Shown here in pieces: positions 34,165-43,086 of a stretch of 64,000 nucleotides of DNA. This DNA is from Planctomycetota bacterium (GTDB taxonomy: Bacteria; Planctomycetota; UBA1135; UBA2386). The stretch is from positions 4,736,001 through 4,800,000 of the forward strand of contig JBKAGP010000001.1 of assembly GCA_046290465.1 (NCBI GenBank), given 5' to 3'. The notes beneath the pieces were generated by a model. The model had not been told where the DNA came from and did not search any database. It was given only the letters and a program-made list of their open reading frames with translations. The number at the start of each line of letters is the position of its first letter. Within the stretch, counting starts at the first letter, position 1. The position numbers and the translations under genes are program-made.

Positions 34165-34385
34165 ACGTGGTGCGCGTCGGCCGCATCAGCGATCGAACGG
34201 CGCGCCATGCCGAGCCAGCTCGGTCTCCAGTCGGGCGAGCGCGAACTGCCACACTTGACCTCGAGCGGTGCGCAGCCAGAGGGCGCCGTCGTCGTCGAAC
34301 GTCAGGTCACGCGCTGCGCGACCGATGCCAGTGACCTCGAGCGACGCAACGAACAAGGGACGTGCGGTCCGATGTGACCTACGCG

Positions 34386-34627
34386 GCGTTCACGCAGGAT
34401 TCAGCCTCGCCGGCGTCGGGGCGAGCGGGTGCTTCGCCCACATCAACGGCAACCTCGGTGACTTCCCGGCGCCCGTCGTCGGCGGCAACGCCACCTACGA
34501 TCCGCCGATCCCCGCAGACCCGGTGCTGTCCGGAGCGGTGTTCTTCGCCCAGCTGGTCGCATCGTCGCCGGCCACCCCGCTCGGCCTGGTCACCTCCAAC
34601 GGCTTCGCCGGCCCCCTCGGTCTCTGA
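34386..34627 (+). pseudogene. Orphan 3' remnant of a secreted-protein gene (shared C-terminal domain only)
   Basis: GFSLAGVGASGCFAH...PIPADPVLSGAVFFAQLV...GLVTSNG...LGL*; no signal peptide or convincing start. Confidence 0.6.
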
Positions 34628-34644
34628 CCCCGACGACCCACGAA

Positions 34645-34715
34645 CACCGCATACCGAACCGGGTTCATCCTGCGCCAGTTCCTGGCGCAGGATGAACCCG
34701 GTTCAGTATGCGGTG
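34645..34715. repeat. 34-bp inverted repeat (1 mismatch, 3-nt loop); REP/REPIN-like family member
   Basis: CACCGCATACCGAACCGGGTTCATCCTGCGCCAG-ttc-CTGGCGCAGGATGAACCCGGTTCAGTATGCGGTG. Confidence 0.9.
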
Positions 34716-34738
34716 CCGTACAGCGGGTCGGTATGCGG

Positions 34739-35290
34739 TCACGCGAGGGGGTGGAGGTGGTCGCAGCCGGCGGCGGTGAGTTCGGCCTGGGTGGGGACGA
34801 AGTCGACGATCAGGATGGTGCGCGGGGTGGTGCCCTGGTGGCGGACTTCGTGGGTGCATCGTGGGTCGAAGACCAGGCACTGGCCGTCGGTCCAGTGGCA
34901 CGGTTCACCGTTGACGCGCATCCACGCGCCGGCGTCGACGGTGATGCCGAGGTGGACGCGCAGGTGGTGTGGGCCGTCCAGGTCGCGGTGCGGGCGAACG
35001 TGGCAGCCGGGCTGCATGCGCGAGAACACCAGGGTCATCGCGTCGTCGGCAAGGTGCTGCCACGTGCCCGGGCACAGCGAACGCACCCGATCCTCGATCG
35101 CGGGCAGCGTCGGCGGGCGATGGCGCAGGTAGAGCGGCAGCACCCGGACGTCGCCGTAGACGTCGCTCTGGTTCGGCCAGCCGACCCACAGGTCATCGGG
35201 CACGCCGGCCAGTTCGTCGCGGATCGTCGCGTGCGCTGCGCGCAGGCGTTCGCAGATCGGAAACGCGTCGGCGGGCAGCAGGGCGGGCAT
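34739..35290 (-). CDS. Aspartyl/asparaginyl beta-hydroxylase domain protein (2OG-Fe(II) dioxygenase)
   Basis: FSRMQPGCHVRPHRD, LRVHLGI, WTDGQCLVFDPRCTHEVRH, RTILIVDF. Confidence 0.88.
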   Translation of the reverse strand: MPALLPADAFPICERLRAAHATIRDELAGVPDDLWVGWPNQSDVYGDVRVLPLYLRHRPPTLPAIEDRVRSLCPGTWQHLADDAMTLVFSRMQPGCHVRPHRDLDGPHHLRVHLGITVDAGAWMRVNGEPCHWTDGQCLVFDPRCTHEVRHQGTTPRTILIVDFVPTQAELTAAGCDHLHPLA

Positions 35291-35679
35291 GCGGTCAGGG
35301 CTGGTAGGTCTGCGGCAGCGTCAGGTCGGTGACGGGCCGGTCGTCGTCGGGGTGCAGCTCGAGTCCGCGCGCGAGCGCGCGGCACCGTTCGCGCGCCGCG
35401 CGCCGTGCGTCGCTGGTCGGCCGGCGGGCACGCGTGCGGGCCCGGATCATGGCCGAGCGGCAGCAGGTGGTCCGTCAACTGCAGCACCTCGCGCTCGCAG
35501 CTCGCGTCGAGCCACGGCATGGCGCGGTCTCGTTCGCCGAGGCGCAGGTCCTGCACGGCGGCGAGCTCGGTGGCCCCGATCGGGACGTTCGAGCGTTCTG
35601 GCTCCAGCGTGCCGGCGCAGGGGCCGAAGCACCGGATCGGTGAGGAACGAGGTCGGCCATCCCAACACGGAGAGGGACC

Positions 35680-36123
35680 ATGACCTTGATGCTCGAACCG
35701 GAACTTCATCCTGCGCCGCAAGACCAACTGGCGGACGGCGCGCTCGGCTGGGCCGCACCCGGCGCTCCGAACGTCCTGATCGTCGAGGACGACCACGACC
35801 TCCAGGAGGGGTGGTCGGTCTTCCTGCGGCATCGCGGCTACGGCGTGCAGACGGCGCTGGACGGATGCACGGGCCTGAAGGCGATCGAACAGGACTAGCC
35901 GGACATCGTGCTGCTCGACCTCGGGCTGCCCGGCATGCACGGCTTCAAGGTCCTGCACGAGGTGCGCATGCGACAGCAGCACGCGCGGATCCTGGTGGTC
36001 ACCGCGGAGTCGTCCCCCGAGGCGGACGCCCGGGCCCGGCGACTCGGCGCGGCCGCCGTGCTGTGCAAGCCGGTCGATCCGCGCGCGCTGTGTGCGACGA
36101 TCCAGGACCTGCTGGACGCGTGA
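35680..36123 (+). pseudogene. Single-domain response regulator interrupted by in-frame TAG at 35896-35898
   Basis: VLIVEDD...AIEQD-*-PDIVLLDLGLPGMHG...ILVVTA...LCKPVD, both halves in the same frame. Confidence 0.8.
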
Positions 36124-36162
36124 GCCGCTGGCCGCGGGCCGCTCGTCCAGGATGGCGTTCGC

Positions 36163-39100
36163 TCAGCTGCCGATCTGCACGTGCAGGCCGCCGCTGAGCG
36201 AGAAGTCGCCGAGGAACGGTCCGCCCGGCGTGAACACCGCCCACTGGAAGAACACGCTGCCGCCGAGCAGCAGCGGGTCGTTGGGCACCGGGACCGGCGT
36301 CATCGCGCGGCCGGAGGCGTTGGTGAACGACGCGCTCAGCAGGATCGGCGGCGGCGCGATCCAGATGGTGCAGCCGTTCGCCAGCGGCAGCTGCGCCGGC
36401 AGGTTGGCGCCGGCGGGCACCGCGATCGTGCCGGCCGGGGCCCGCTCGACGGTCACCGCGAACGACGGGTTGGCGAGGGTCGGCATGCCGAGCGCGCCGA
36501 TCTTCGGCGTCGCCGTTCCGGGCGTGGCGCAGCCGTCGCCGAACGGCAGCACGAACGGCAGGTCCTCCTGCTCCGCGTCGAGCACCCACGGCTCGATGCC
36601 GGTCACGCCTTCGTCGCAGCCGAACACCGCGAACGTGCCGCTCGCGAGCAGTTCGCCGACGAAGCCCGCGCCGAAGCCGGTGCCGCCGAACGACGTGACC
36701 GGGACGGTGTTGGCGGCGGTGCCGTCCGAACGCCACAGCTGCAGGCCGTGGTGCAGGTCCGACGCGGCGAACAGCAGCTGGCTGCCGCCGAGCATCGGCG
36801 TCAGCGTGCCCTCGATCGGGCCGTCGACGAGGCCCGGCCCGATGTCGGCGACCATGGCGGTGCCGGCGATCGTGCCGTCCGAGAACCACAGTTCGAGGCC
36901 GCTGCCGCTGTCGTCGTCGTTGACGTAGAACACGCCGCCGGCGGCCGCGGCGATCGCGTGATCGTCCCAGGGCAGCCCGGAGAAGATGTCCAGTTCGGTC
37001 GCCGTGCTGCCGTCGAACCCGAACAGCCGGTGCGCGCCGCCCGGCGTGCCGACGAAGAACAGCCGGCCGTCGCCGACGGCGAGGTCCTCGGGCGACGACG
37101 ACGGCACGCCGGGGGCCACGTCGGCCGCCAGCATCGTGCCGGCCGCGGTGCCGTCGGTGCGCCAAAGTTCGCGGCCGTAGCCCTGCGCGTCGGCCGCGAA
37201 GTAGAGCACGCCGTCGAAGACGATCATCTCGTCGGGTTCGCTCGAGTCGATGCCGGGCTCGAGGTCGACGACCATCTGCGTGCCCGCCGGCGATCCGTCG
37301 GTCACCCACAGCTCGACGCCGTGCACGCCGTCGTCGGCGGCGAAGAACGTCAGGCCGCCGAGCGTGACCAGCACGGCGTCCTCGTCGATGCCGTCGGCGG
37401 GACCCGGCATCACGTCCAACACCTGGCTGGTGCCGGCGACCGTGCCGTTGCTGCGCCACAGTTCGCGGCCGTCGGGGCCGGCGGCGTGGAACAGCACGCG
37501 GTTGCCGTTGCGCACCAGGTGCCGCGGGTCGAGGTCGATCGCGGCGTTGGTCATCTGGGCGAACGTGTTGGCCAGCGTGTCGGCGACGAACAGCTGGTGC
37601 AGGCCCGCGACCTCCGCGGCGAAGAACACCTCGTCCCCGCGCGGCGTCAGCCACTCGGGGTTGCTGTCGGTCGGGCCGGTGACGACGTCGGCCACCAGCT
37701 GCGTGCCGGCCGAGGTGCCGTCGGTGACGTGCAGTTCGCGCCCGACCAGGCCGCCCGCGGCGGCGAACACGATCCGCCCGTCGTCGAGCCGGGTCCAGCC
37801 GCCCGGGTCCGAGTCGGTCGGGTTGCGCTGGATGTCGGCGAGCAGGAACGTGCCGGGGATGGTCCCGTCGCAGAAGGTGGGATCGTCGTTGTAGACGCCT
37901 GCGATCTCGCTCCAGCACAGCACCCCGTTGCCGAACGCGGCGAGCCTGCTGGCCCGCAGGCCCTGCGGGCCGATGAGGAAGTTCGCCAGCAGGAACGTGC
38001 CGGCCGCGGAGCCGTCGGTCTGGTAGATCTCGGTGCCGGTCACCGGATCGGAGGCGGTGAACCAGACGACGTTGCCGACCTGCACGAACTCGCCGGGGTA
38101 GCTGCTGCCGCCGGGCACGAGGTCGGCGATCAGGTAGGTGCCGGCCGTGGTGCCGTTGGTGCGGTACGGTTCGCCGCCGTCGGGGCCGTCAGCGTAGAAC
38201 ACCGCGTAGTTGCCGAAGCTGGTCAGGTCGCGCGGGCCGCTGCCGGCCGTGCCGGGGTTGATGTCGGCGAGCAGCGCGGTGCCGGCGGCCGTGCCGTCGG
38301 TGAGGTAGAGCTCCTCGCCGCTCGGGCCGTCGGCGACGAACAGGCAGTCGTTGCCGACCACGACCCACTGCTCGGGATCCGAACCGTTCGCGCCCGGCTC
38401 CAGATCGGCGAGACGGAACGTGCCGGCGGCGGTGCCGTCGCTGATCCACGGTTCGTGGCCGTCCTGCACGTCGGTGCTGAACACGAGCTTGTCGCCGAAC
38501 CTGCCGAGGTTCTCGAAGTCGGTGTCGGCCGGTCCCTGCGTCAGGTCCGCGACCAGGACCGTGCCGGCCGCCGTGCCGTCGGACACGTAGAGTTCGTCGC
38601 CATGGGTGCCGTCGTCGGCGACGAAGAACACGCGGTTGTCGACGGCGGTCAGGTCGCGCACGAAGAAGGCCCCCGGGCCCGGCGCGATGTTGGCGACCAG
38701 GAACGTGCCGGCGGCAGTGCCGTCCGAACGCCACAGGTTCTCGCCCTGACTGTCGTTGGCCGCGAAGTAGACGACGTTGCCGACGCGGCACAGGTCCGAC
38801 GGGTTCGAACCGCGCGAGCCCGGATAGATGTCCTTGACCAGCACCGTGCCGGCGGGGGTGCCGTCGGTCTTCCACAGCTCGTAGCCGAGTCCTGGCACCT
38901 TGGCGCGGAACAGCACCTCGTTGCCGAGCGCGCACATGTAGAACGGCAGGCTGTCGCCGTTGGGGGTCAGGTCGGCCAGCAGCACCGTGCCGGCGGGGGT
39001 GCCGTCGGTCACGTACAGCTCCTCCCCGTGGGCGCCATCGGCGCGGAACACGGCGCGCGTGCCGTTGGCGAACACGGTGAACTCGCTGCCGCCGGAGTTG

Positions 39101-39216
39101 ACGCCGGTCGATGCGGTCGGGAACAGGTCGGCGAGCTGGCTCTGGGCCGCGGCCGGGACCGCTGCGGCGAGGGCCGCGAGGAGCGGCGGGACGGTTCGTA
39201 GGAGCGTGCGGTACAT
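36163..39216 (-). CDS. Secreted ELWxxDGT-repeat beta-propeller protein with shared C-terminal domain
   Basis: ATG at 39216, signal peptide; many ELYVTDGT/ELWKTDGT/EPWISDGT repeats; C-terminal PFGDGC...PVPNDPLLLGGSVFFQW...SGGLHVQIGS. Confidence 0.9.
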   Translation of the reverse strand: MYRTLLRTVPPLLAALAAAVPAAAQSQLADLFPTASTGVNSGGSEFTVFANGTRAVFRADGAHGEELYVTDGTPAGTVLLADLTPNGDSLPFYMCALGNEVLFRAKVPGLGYELWKTDGTPAGTVLVKDIYPGSRGSNPSDLCRVGNVVYFAANDSQGENLWRSDGTAAGTFLVANIAPGPGAFFVRDLTAVDNRVFFVADDGTHGDELYVSDGTAAGTVLVADLTQGPADTDFENLGRFGDKLVFSTDVQDGHEPWISDGTAAGTFRLADLEPGANGSDPEQWVVVGNDCLFVADGPSGEELYLTDGTAAGTALLADINPGTAGSGPRDLTSFGNYAVFYADGPDGGEPYRTNGTTAGTYLIADLVPGGSSYPGEFVQVGNVVWFTASDPVTGTEIYQTDGSAAGTFLLANFLIGPQGLRASRLAAFGNGVLCWSEIAGVYNDDPTFCDGTIPGTFLLADIQRNPTDSDPGGWTRLDDGRIVFAAAGGLVGRELHVTDGTSAGTQLVADVVTGPTDSNPEWLTPRGDEVFFAAEVAGLHQLFVADTLANTFAQMTNAAIDLDPRHLVRNGNRVLFHAAGPDGRELWRSNGTVAGTSQVLDVMPGPADGIDEDAVLVTLGGLTFFAADDGVHGVELWVTDGSPAGTQMVVDLEPGIDSSEPDEMIVFDGVLYFAADAQGYGRELWRTDGTAAGTMLAADVAPGVPSSSPEDLAVGDGRLFFVGTPGGAHRLFGFDGSTATELDIFSGLPWDDHAIAAAAGGVFYVNDDDSGSGLELWFSDGTIAGTAMVADIGPGLVDGPIEGTLTPMLGGSQLLFAASDLHHGLQLWRSDGTAANTVPVTSFGGTGFGAGFVGELLASGTFAVFGCDEGVTGIEPWVLDAEQEDLPFVLPFGDGCATPGTATPKIGALGMPTLANPSFAVTVERAPAGTIAVPAGANLPAQLPLANGCTIWIAPPPILLSASFTNASGRAMTPVPVPNDPLLLGGSVFFQWAVFTPGGPFLGDFSLSGGLHVQIGS

Positions 39217-39300
39217 GGGATCCCCGAGGCAGCGACCGGCTGCTGGACGCGTTACCGGGGAATCGCATTTCCGTCCCGGGCCCTGGGTAGGCTGTGCCGC

Positions 39301-40968
39301 ATGCGACGCCTCCTCGCTCGTCCCTCGGCCCTTGCCACCGCGATCTGGGCCATCTCGAACCTCGTTCCGGCGAACGCCCAGCAGCCCGGCTTCGCGCGCG
39401 TGTTCGACGACCACATGGTGCTGCAGCGGGGCGAGCCGTGTGCCGTCTGGGGATGGGGCACGGCCGGCGAGCAGGCGGTGGTGCGCTTCGGCGGGCAGGA
39501 GCACACCGCCACGGTCGACAGCGACGGTCGCTGGGCGGTGCGCCTCGATCCGCTGGCGGCCAGCGCAAAGGGGCGTGCGCTGACGCTGGCGCTGGGCGGC
39601 GCCCGGTTCGCGCTGCAGGACGTCGTGGTCGGCGAGGTCTGGGTCTGCGGCGGCCAGAGCAACATGGCCTGGACGCTGCGCAGCAGCCGCGACGCCGACC
39701 TCGAGCTGGCCTGCGCCGACGACCCGCTGCTGCGCTACGTTCGCCTGCCGCTCGAAGCGCGCGGCGAGCCGCGACGCGACTACGTGCGGCCGGAGCACGG
39801 CGGCCAGGGCAAGGGCTGGCGGGCGATCGACGCCGATGCCGCCAGGGACTGCACCGCGGTCGGCTACTACTTCGCGCAGCGGCTGCGCCGCCACCTGAAG
39901 GTCCCGGTCGGCCTCGTCGACGTGTCGTGGGGCGGCACGCTGGCGCAGTTCTGGGTGTCCAAGCCGCGGCTGCGCACGTTCGCGTCGGTGCAGCCGGAGT
40001 TCGAACGCTACCAGCGCGAGCTCGCCGCGTGGATCGAGGGCGGGCGCGAGCAGGGGGCCATCGGTCGCTACCAGGCCGCGCTCGCCGAGTGGGAACGCGC
40101 CTGCGCCACCGCGCGCGAAGCCGGCGAGCGCGAGCCGCGCAAGCCGGGCACCGGCGCCTTCGAGAACCCGGCGCACAAGCGCCATCCCGGCGGCGGCTAC
40201 GACGGCATGCTGGCGCCGCTGCGCGGGCTGTCGATCCGCGGCGCGCTCTACTTCCAGGGCGAGAACAACGCGTTCGGCGACATGTACCTGCCGTTCCCCG
40301 ACACGTATCCGGCGGTGATCGCCGAGTGGCGCGAGCTGTTCGGCGACGCGGCGCTGCCGATCGGCCTGATCCAGATCGGCGGCTGGAGCACGCGGCGCAC
40401 GATGACCTACGACATGAACCACCACACCAACGCGGTGCGCGAGGTGCAGTTCGACACGTGGCGGCGCACGCCGCACACCGGGCTGGTGGTGACGTTCGAC
40501 CTCAACTCCGACGCCAACATCCACCCCGGCCACAAGCGGCCGGTCGGCGAACGCGCGGCGCGCTGGGCGCTCGCGGAGGTCTACGCGCAGAAGGGCCACG
40601 ACGGCAAGCCGCTCCGGTGGCGTGGTCCGATCTACGCGTCGAGCGAGGTGAAGGGCGACCGCATCGTCGTGCGCTTCGAGGAGGGCACCGCCAACGGCCT
40701 GCGCCTCGACAAGTCGCAGGCGCTCGGCTTCTACCTCGCCGGCGAGGACCGCGAGTTCCACGTCGCCGATGCCCGGGTCGTCGACGGCTCGACGGTCGAG
40801 GTGTTCTGCGCGGCCGTGCCGGCGCCGATCGCGGTCCGCTACGCGTGGTCCAACCTGCCGCTCGGCACGCTGATGAACGGCAAGGAGTTGCCGGCCTACC
40901 CGTTCCGCAGCGACGACTGGCCGCTCCGGCCGCACCGGTCGGAGGGCAGCTACGTGCGACGCCGGTAG
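39301..40968 (+). CDS. Sialate O-acetylesterase (SASA/SGNH) family protein
   Basis: FDDHMVLQRG, VVVGEVWVCGGQSNM, WGGT, YFQGENN, NIHP, VRYAW, LPAYPFRSD. Confidence 0.9.
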   Translation: MRRLLARPSALATAIWAISNLVPANAQQPGFARVFDDHMVLQRGEPCAVWGWGTAGEQAVVRFGGQEHTATVDSDGRWAVRLDPLAASAKGRALTLALGGARFALQDVVVGEVWVCGGQSNMAWTLRSSRDADLELACADDPLLRYVRLPLEARGEPRRDYVRPEHGGQGKGWRAIDADAARDCTAVGYYFAQRLRRHLKVPVGLVDVSWGGTLAQFWVSKPRLRTFASVQPEFERYQRELAAWIEGGREQGAIGRYQAALAEWERACATAREAGEREPRKPGTGAFENPAHKRHPGGGYDGMLAPLRGLSIRGALYFQGENNAFGDMYLPFPDTYPAVIAEWRELFGDAALPIGLIQIGGWSTRRTMTYDMNHHTNAVREVQFDTWRRTPHTGLVVTFDLNSDANIHPGHKRPVGERAARWALAEVYAQKGHDGKPLRWRGPIYASSEVKGDRIVVRFEEGTANGLRLDKSQALGFYLAGEDREFHVADARVVDGSTVEVFCAAVPAPIAVRYAWSNLPLGTLMNGKELPAYPFRSDDWPLRPHRSEGSYVRRR

Positions 40969-41025
40969 CCCCGCGAACGCCCTCCGCCCCTGTTCAACCC
41001 GCCTGGACTGCGGTATCCCGTACGC

Positions 41026-42096
41026 ATGAAGCGGGTCTGCATCGTGTCGGGTCTGTGCCTGCTCGCCGCGGCGCTACCGTCGCAGCGACGGGGGGGCGAG
41101 CACTTCGAACTGACGCCGGCGCGGTTGGCGCAGCGGTTGACGCGCAAGCTCGAACTGCCGGACGCCTGTGGTGCTGCGTGGTGCGGGCTGCTCGAGATCG
41201 GACCGCCGGCCGTCCGGCCGCTGGTCGCGGCCACCTCGGATCCGCGCGAGGACGTCGCGATCCGCGCGATCTGGGTGCTCGGTCTGTTGCGCGAGGATGG
41301 CGACGCGGCGTTGCCGCACCTTCGCAAGCTCGCGGCGGGCGACGATGCGCCGCGCAAGGTCGCCGCGGAATGGGCGATCGACCGGATCGCGTTCCGCGGT
41401 CGCCTGCTGGCCGACTACTCCGACAACTCGGTCGTGCACCTGGGCGCCGACGGCGAGCAGGTTCGCAAGATCAAGGGGCTGAAGGGGGCGTGGCACGCCG
41501 AGCCGATCGGCGGTGGGCGGCTGCTCGTCAGCGAATACACCGGTGGCCGGGTCGTCGAGATCGACGCCGACGACAAGGAGGTCTGGAAGTTCGAGGACGT
41601 CGAGAACCCGTACGGCGCGCAGCGGCTGCCCAACGGCAACACGCTGGTCGCCGACGCCGGCAACCAGCGCGTCGTCGAGGTGTCGCGCGCCGGCAAGGTC
41701 GTCTGGGAGAAGACCAAGCTGAAGCGGCCGGTCTGGGTGCGGCGGCTGCCGGACGGCACGGTGCTGATCGCCGAGCAGAACGGCGACGCGCTCGAGTTCG
41801 GACCCGACGGCAAGCTGGTGCGCCGGATCACCAAGCTGGAATCGCCGATGTGCATCGAGCGGCTGTCGGACGGTGGCCTGCTGGTCACGGCGCACCGCGC
41901 CGGCAAGCTGTTCGAGTACGGCAAGGATGGCGCCGAGCCGCGCGTCGCGCGCGACTTCGTGCAGGCGCAGACCGCGCGGCGGCGCCGCGACGGGCACACG
42001 TTGATCGCGAGCACCACGCAGTGGATCGAGCTCGACGCCGACGGCAAGGAGGTCTGGCGGCGCAAGGGTTCGTACGCGGTCGGGGTGTTCTGGTAG
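41026..42096 (+). CDS. Secreted HEAT-repeat plus beta-propeller protein
   Basis: Signal peptide; AIWVLGLL...ALPHLRKL HEAT-like segment; repeats PYGAQRLPNGNTLVAD, RRLPDGTVLIAE. Confidence 0.75.
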   Translation: MKRVCIVSGLCLLAAALPSQRRGGEHFELTPARLAQRLTRKLELPDACGAAWCGLLEIGPPAVRPLVAATSDPREDVAIRAIWVLGLLREDGDAALPHLRKLAAGDDAPRKVAAEWAIDRIAFRGRLLADYSDNSVVHLGADGEQVRKIKGLKGAWHAEPIGGGRLLVSEYTGGRVVEIDADDKEVWKFEDVENPYGAQRLPNGNTLVADAGNQRVVEVSRAGKVVWEKTKLKRPVWVRRLPDGTVLIAEQNGDALEFGPDGKLVRRITKLESPMCIERLSDGGLLVTAHRAGKLFEYGKDGAEPRVARDFVQAQTARRRRDGHTLIASTTQWIELDADGKEVWRRKGSYAVGVFW

Positions 42097-42103
42097 GTCG
42101 TCG

Positions 42104-42916
42104 ATGAAGCGGATCTTCGAAGTCGACGGTGCGGCGATCGCCTGCGCCGAGGAAGGCGACGGCGACGCGTTCGTGCTGGTGCACGGCGCTGGCGCCAACC
42201 GCAACTACTGGCGGGCGCTGGCGACGCAGCTGGTCGCGCGCGGCCGCCGGGCGCTCGCGCCGGATCTGTATGGTCACGGCGAGACGGCTCCGTGGCCGCG
42301 TGCGGCAGAGCGGCCGTATTCGTACCTCGACGACGTCGCCGTGCTCGAACGGCTGACCGCGGAGTTGCCGGAGCCGTTCGTGCTGGTCGGCCATTCGAGC
42401 GGCGGCGCCGTCTCGCTCGAGTTCGCGGCGCGCCATCCGGAGCGCGTGCGCAAGCTGGTGGTCCTCGAGCCGATGCTGCCGACGGTGCTCGACGGTGTCG
42501 ACGACGCGGCGTTCGCCGAGGTTGCCGGGGCGTATCGGCAGGCACACGACGCCGTCGCTGCCGGCGACGACGAGCGGGCGGCGCGGCTGCTGTTCGAGTA
42601 CATCCTGGGCAGCGACGAGTGGCAGCGGCTGCCGTCGGCGACGCGCGCGTGGATGGTGGCGCACGCCGACTGCACCCTGTGCGCGCACAGCCGTGCGTCG
42701 CTGGCGCTGCGGCCGGAGGGGTCGCGCTACGAACGGATCCGCTGTCCGGTGCTGCTGCTGCACGGCGAGCACACGCGGGCTCCGTACCGTCGCATCTGCG
42801 AAGTCGTGGCCCGACGGTTGCCCGACGTGCGGGCGACGGCGATCGTCGGCGCGGCGCACAACGGACCGCTGACGCACACGCGGGAGTTTCACCGCTTGTT
42901 GTTCTCCTTCTGTTGA
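42104..42916 (+). CDS. Alpha/beta fold hydrolase
   Basis: VLVHGAG, APDLYGHG, VGHSSGG, VLLLHGE, GAAHNGP. Confidence 0.88.
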   Translation: MKRIFEVDGAAIACAEEGDGDAFVLVHGAGANRNYWRALATQLVARGRRALAPDLYGHGETAPWPRAAERPYSYLDDVAVLERLTAELPEPFVLVGHSSGGAVSLEFAARHPERVRKLVVLEPMLPTVLDGVDDAAFAEVAGAYRQAHDAVAAGDDERAARLLFEYILGSDEWQRLPSATRAWMVAHADCTLCAHSRASLALRPEGSRYERIRCPVLLLHGEHTRAPYRRICEVVARRLPDVRATAIVGAAHNGPLTHTREFHRLLFSFC

Positions 42917-42929
42917 CAACGGGTTGTCA
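42913..42929 (+). promoter_or_regulatory. Palindromic candidate operator TGACAAC-GG-GTTGTCA overlapping a TTGACA hexamer
   Basis: Perfect 7-2-7 inverted repeat about 160 nt upstream of the FAAL start. Confidence 0.45.
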
Positions 42930-43086
42930 CGGCGCGCGCGCCGACCGTTTTCCGTCGCTGCCGCCGTCGGAGACTCGTCGGTCGCGCCCTCTGCGGATCC
43001 GTCTCGGCGCATGGACATGGGGACAGGTCGCGACAACTGGCGGTTCGACAGGGAGGTACGCTAGTTGCTCTCCCGGACGTCTCGCC

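Noticed and set aside
35896..35898. Pyrrolysine readthrough of the TAG in the response regulator
   Set aside because: Non-catalytic position, no pyl genes in the window, and the neighbourhood is full of pseudogenes
36181..39201. Very long opposite-strand or alternate-frame ORFs (e.g. 36181..39201 +, 13905..16274 +, 55764..59471 -, 8802..11327 +)
   Set aside because: Shadow ORFs typical of high-GC DNA; they overlap well-supported genes and have Arg/Ala/Gly-rich, motif-free translations
36163..40935. 1590-aa version of the ELWxxDGT protein, and similarly over-extended starts for ORFs at 406, 27960-30803, 42292 and 54271
   Set aside because: The extensions overlap other real genes; signal peptides or domain starts identify later start codons
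42911..42930. Cys-TGA at the end of the alpha/beta hydrolase followed by a hairpin, as a possible second Sec site
   Set aside because: The hydrolase fold is complete at this point and the downstream frame does not look protein-like
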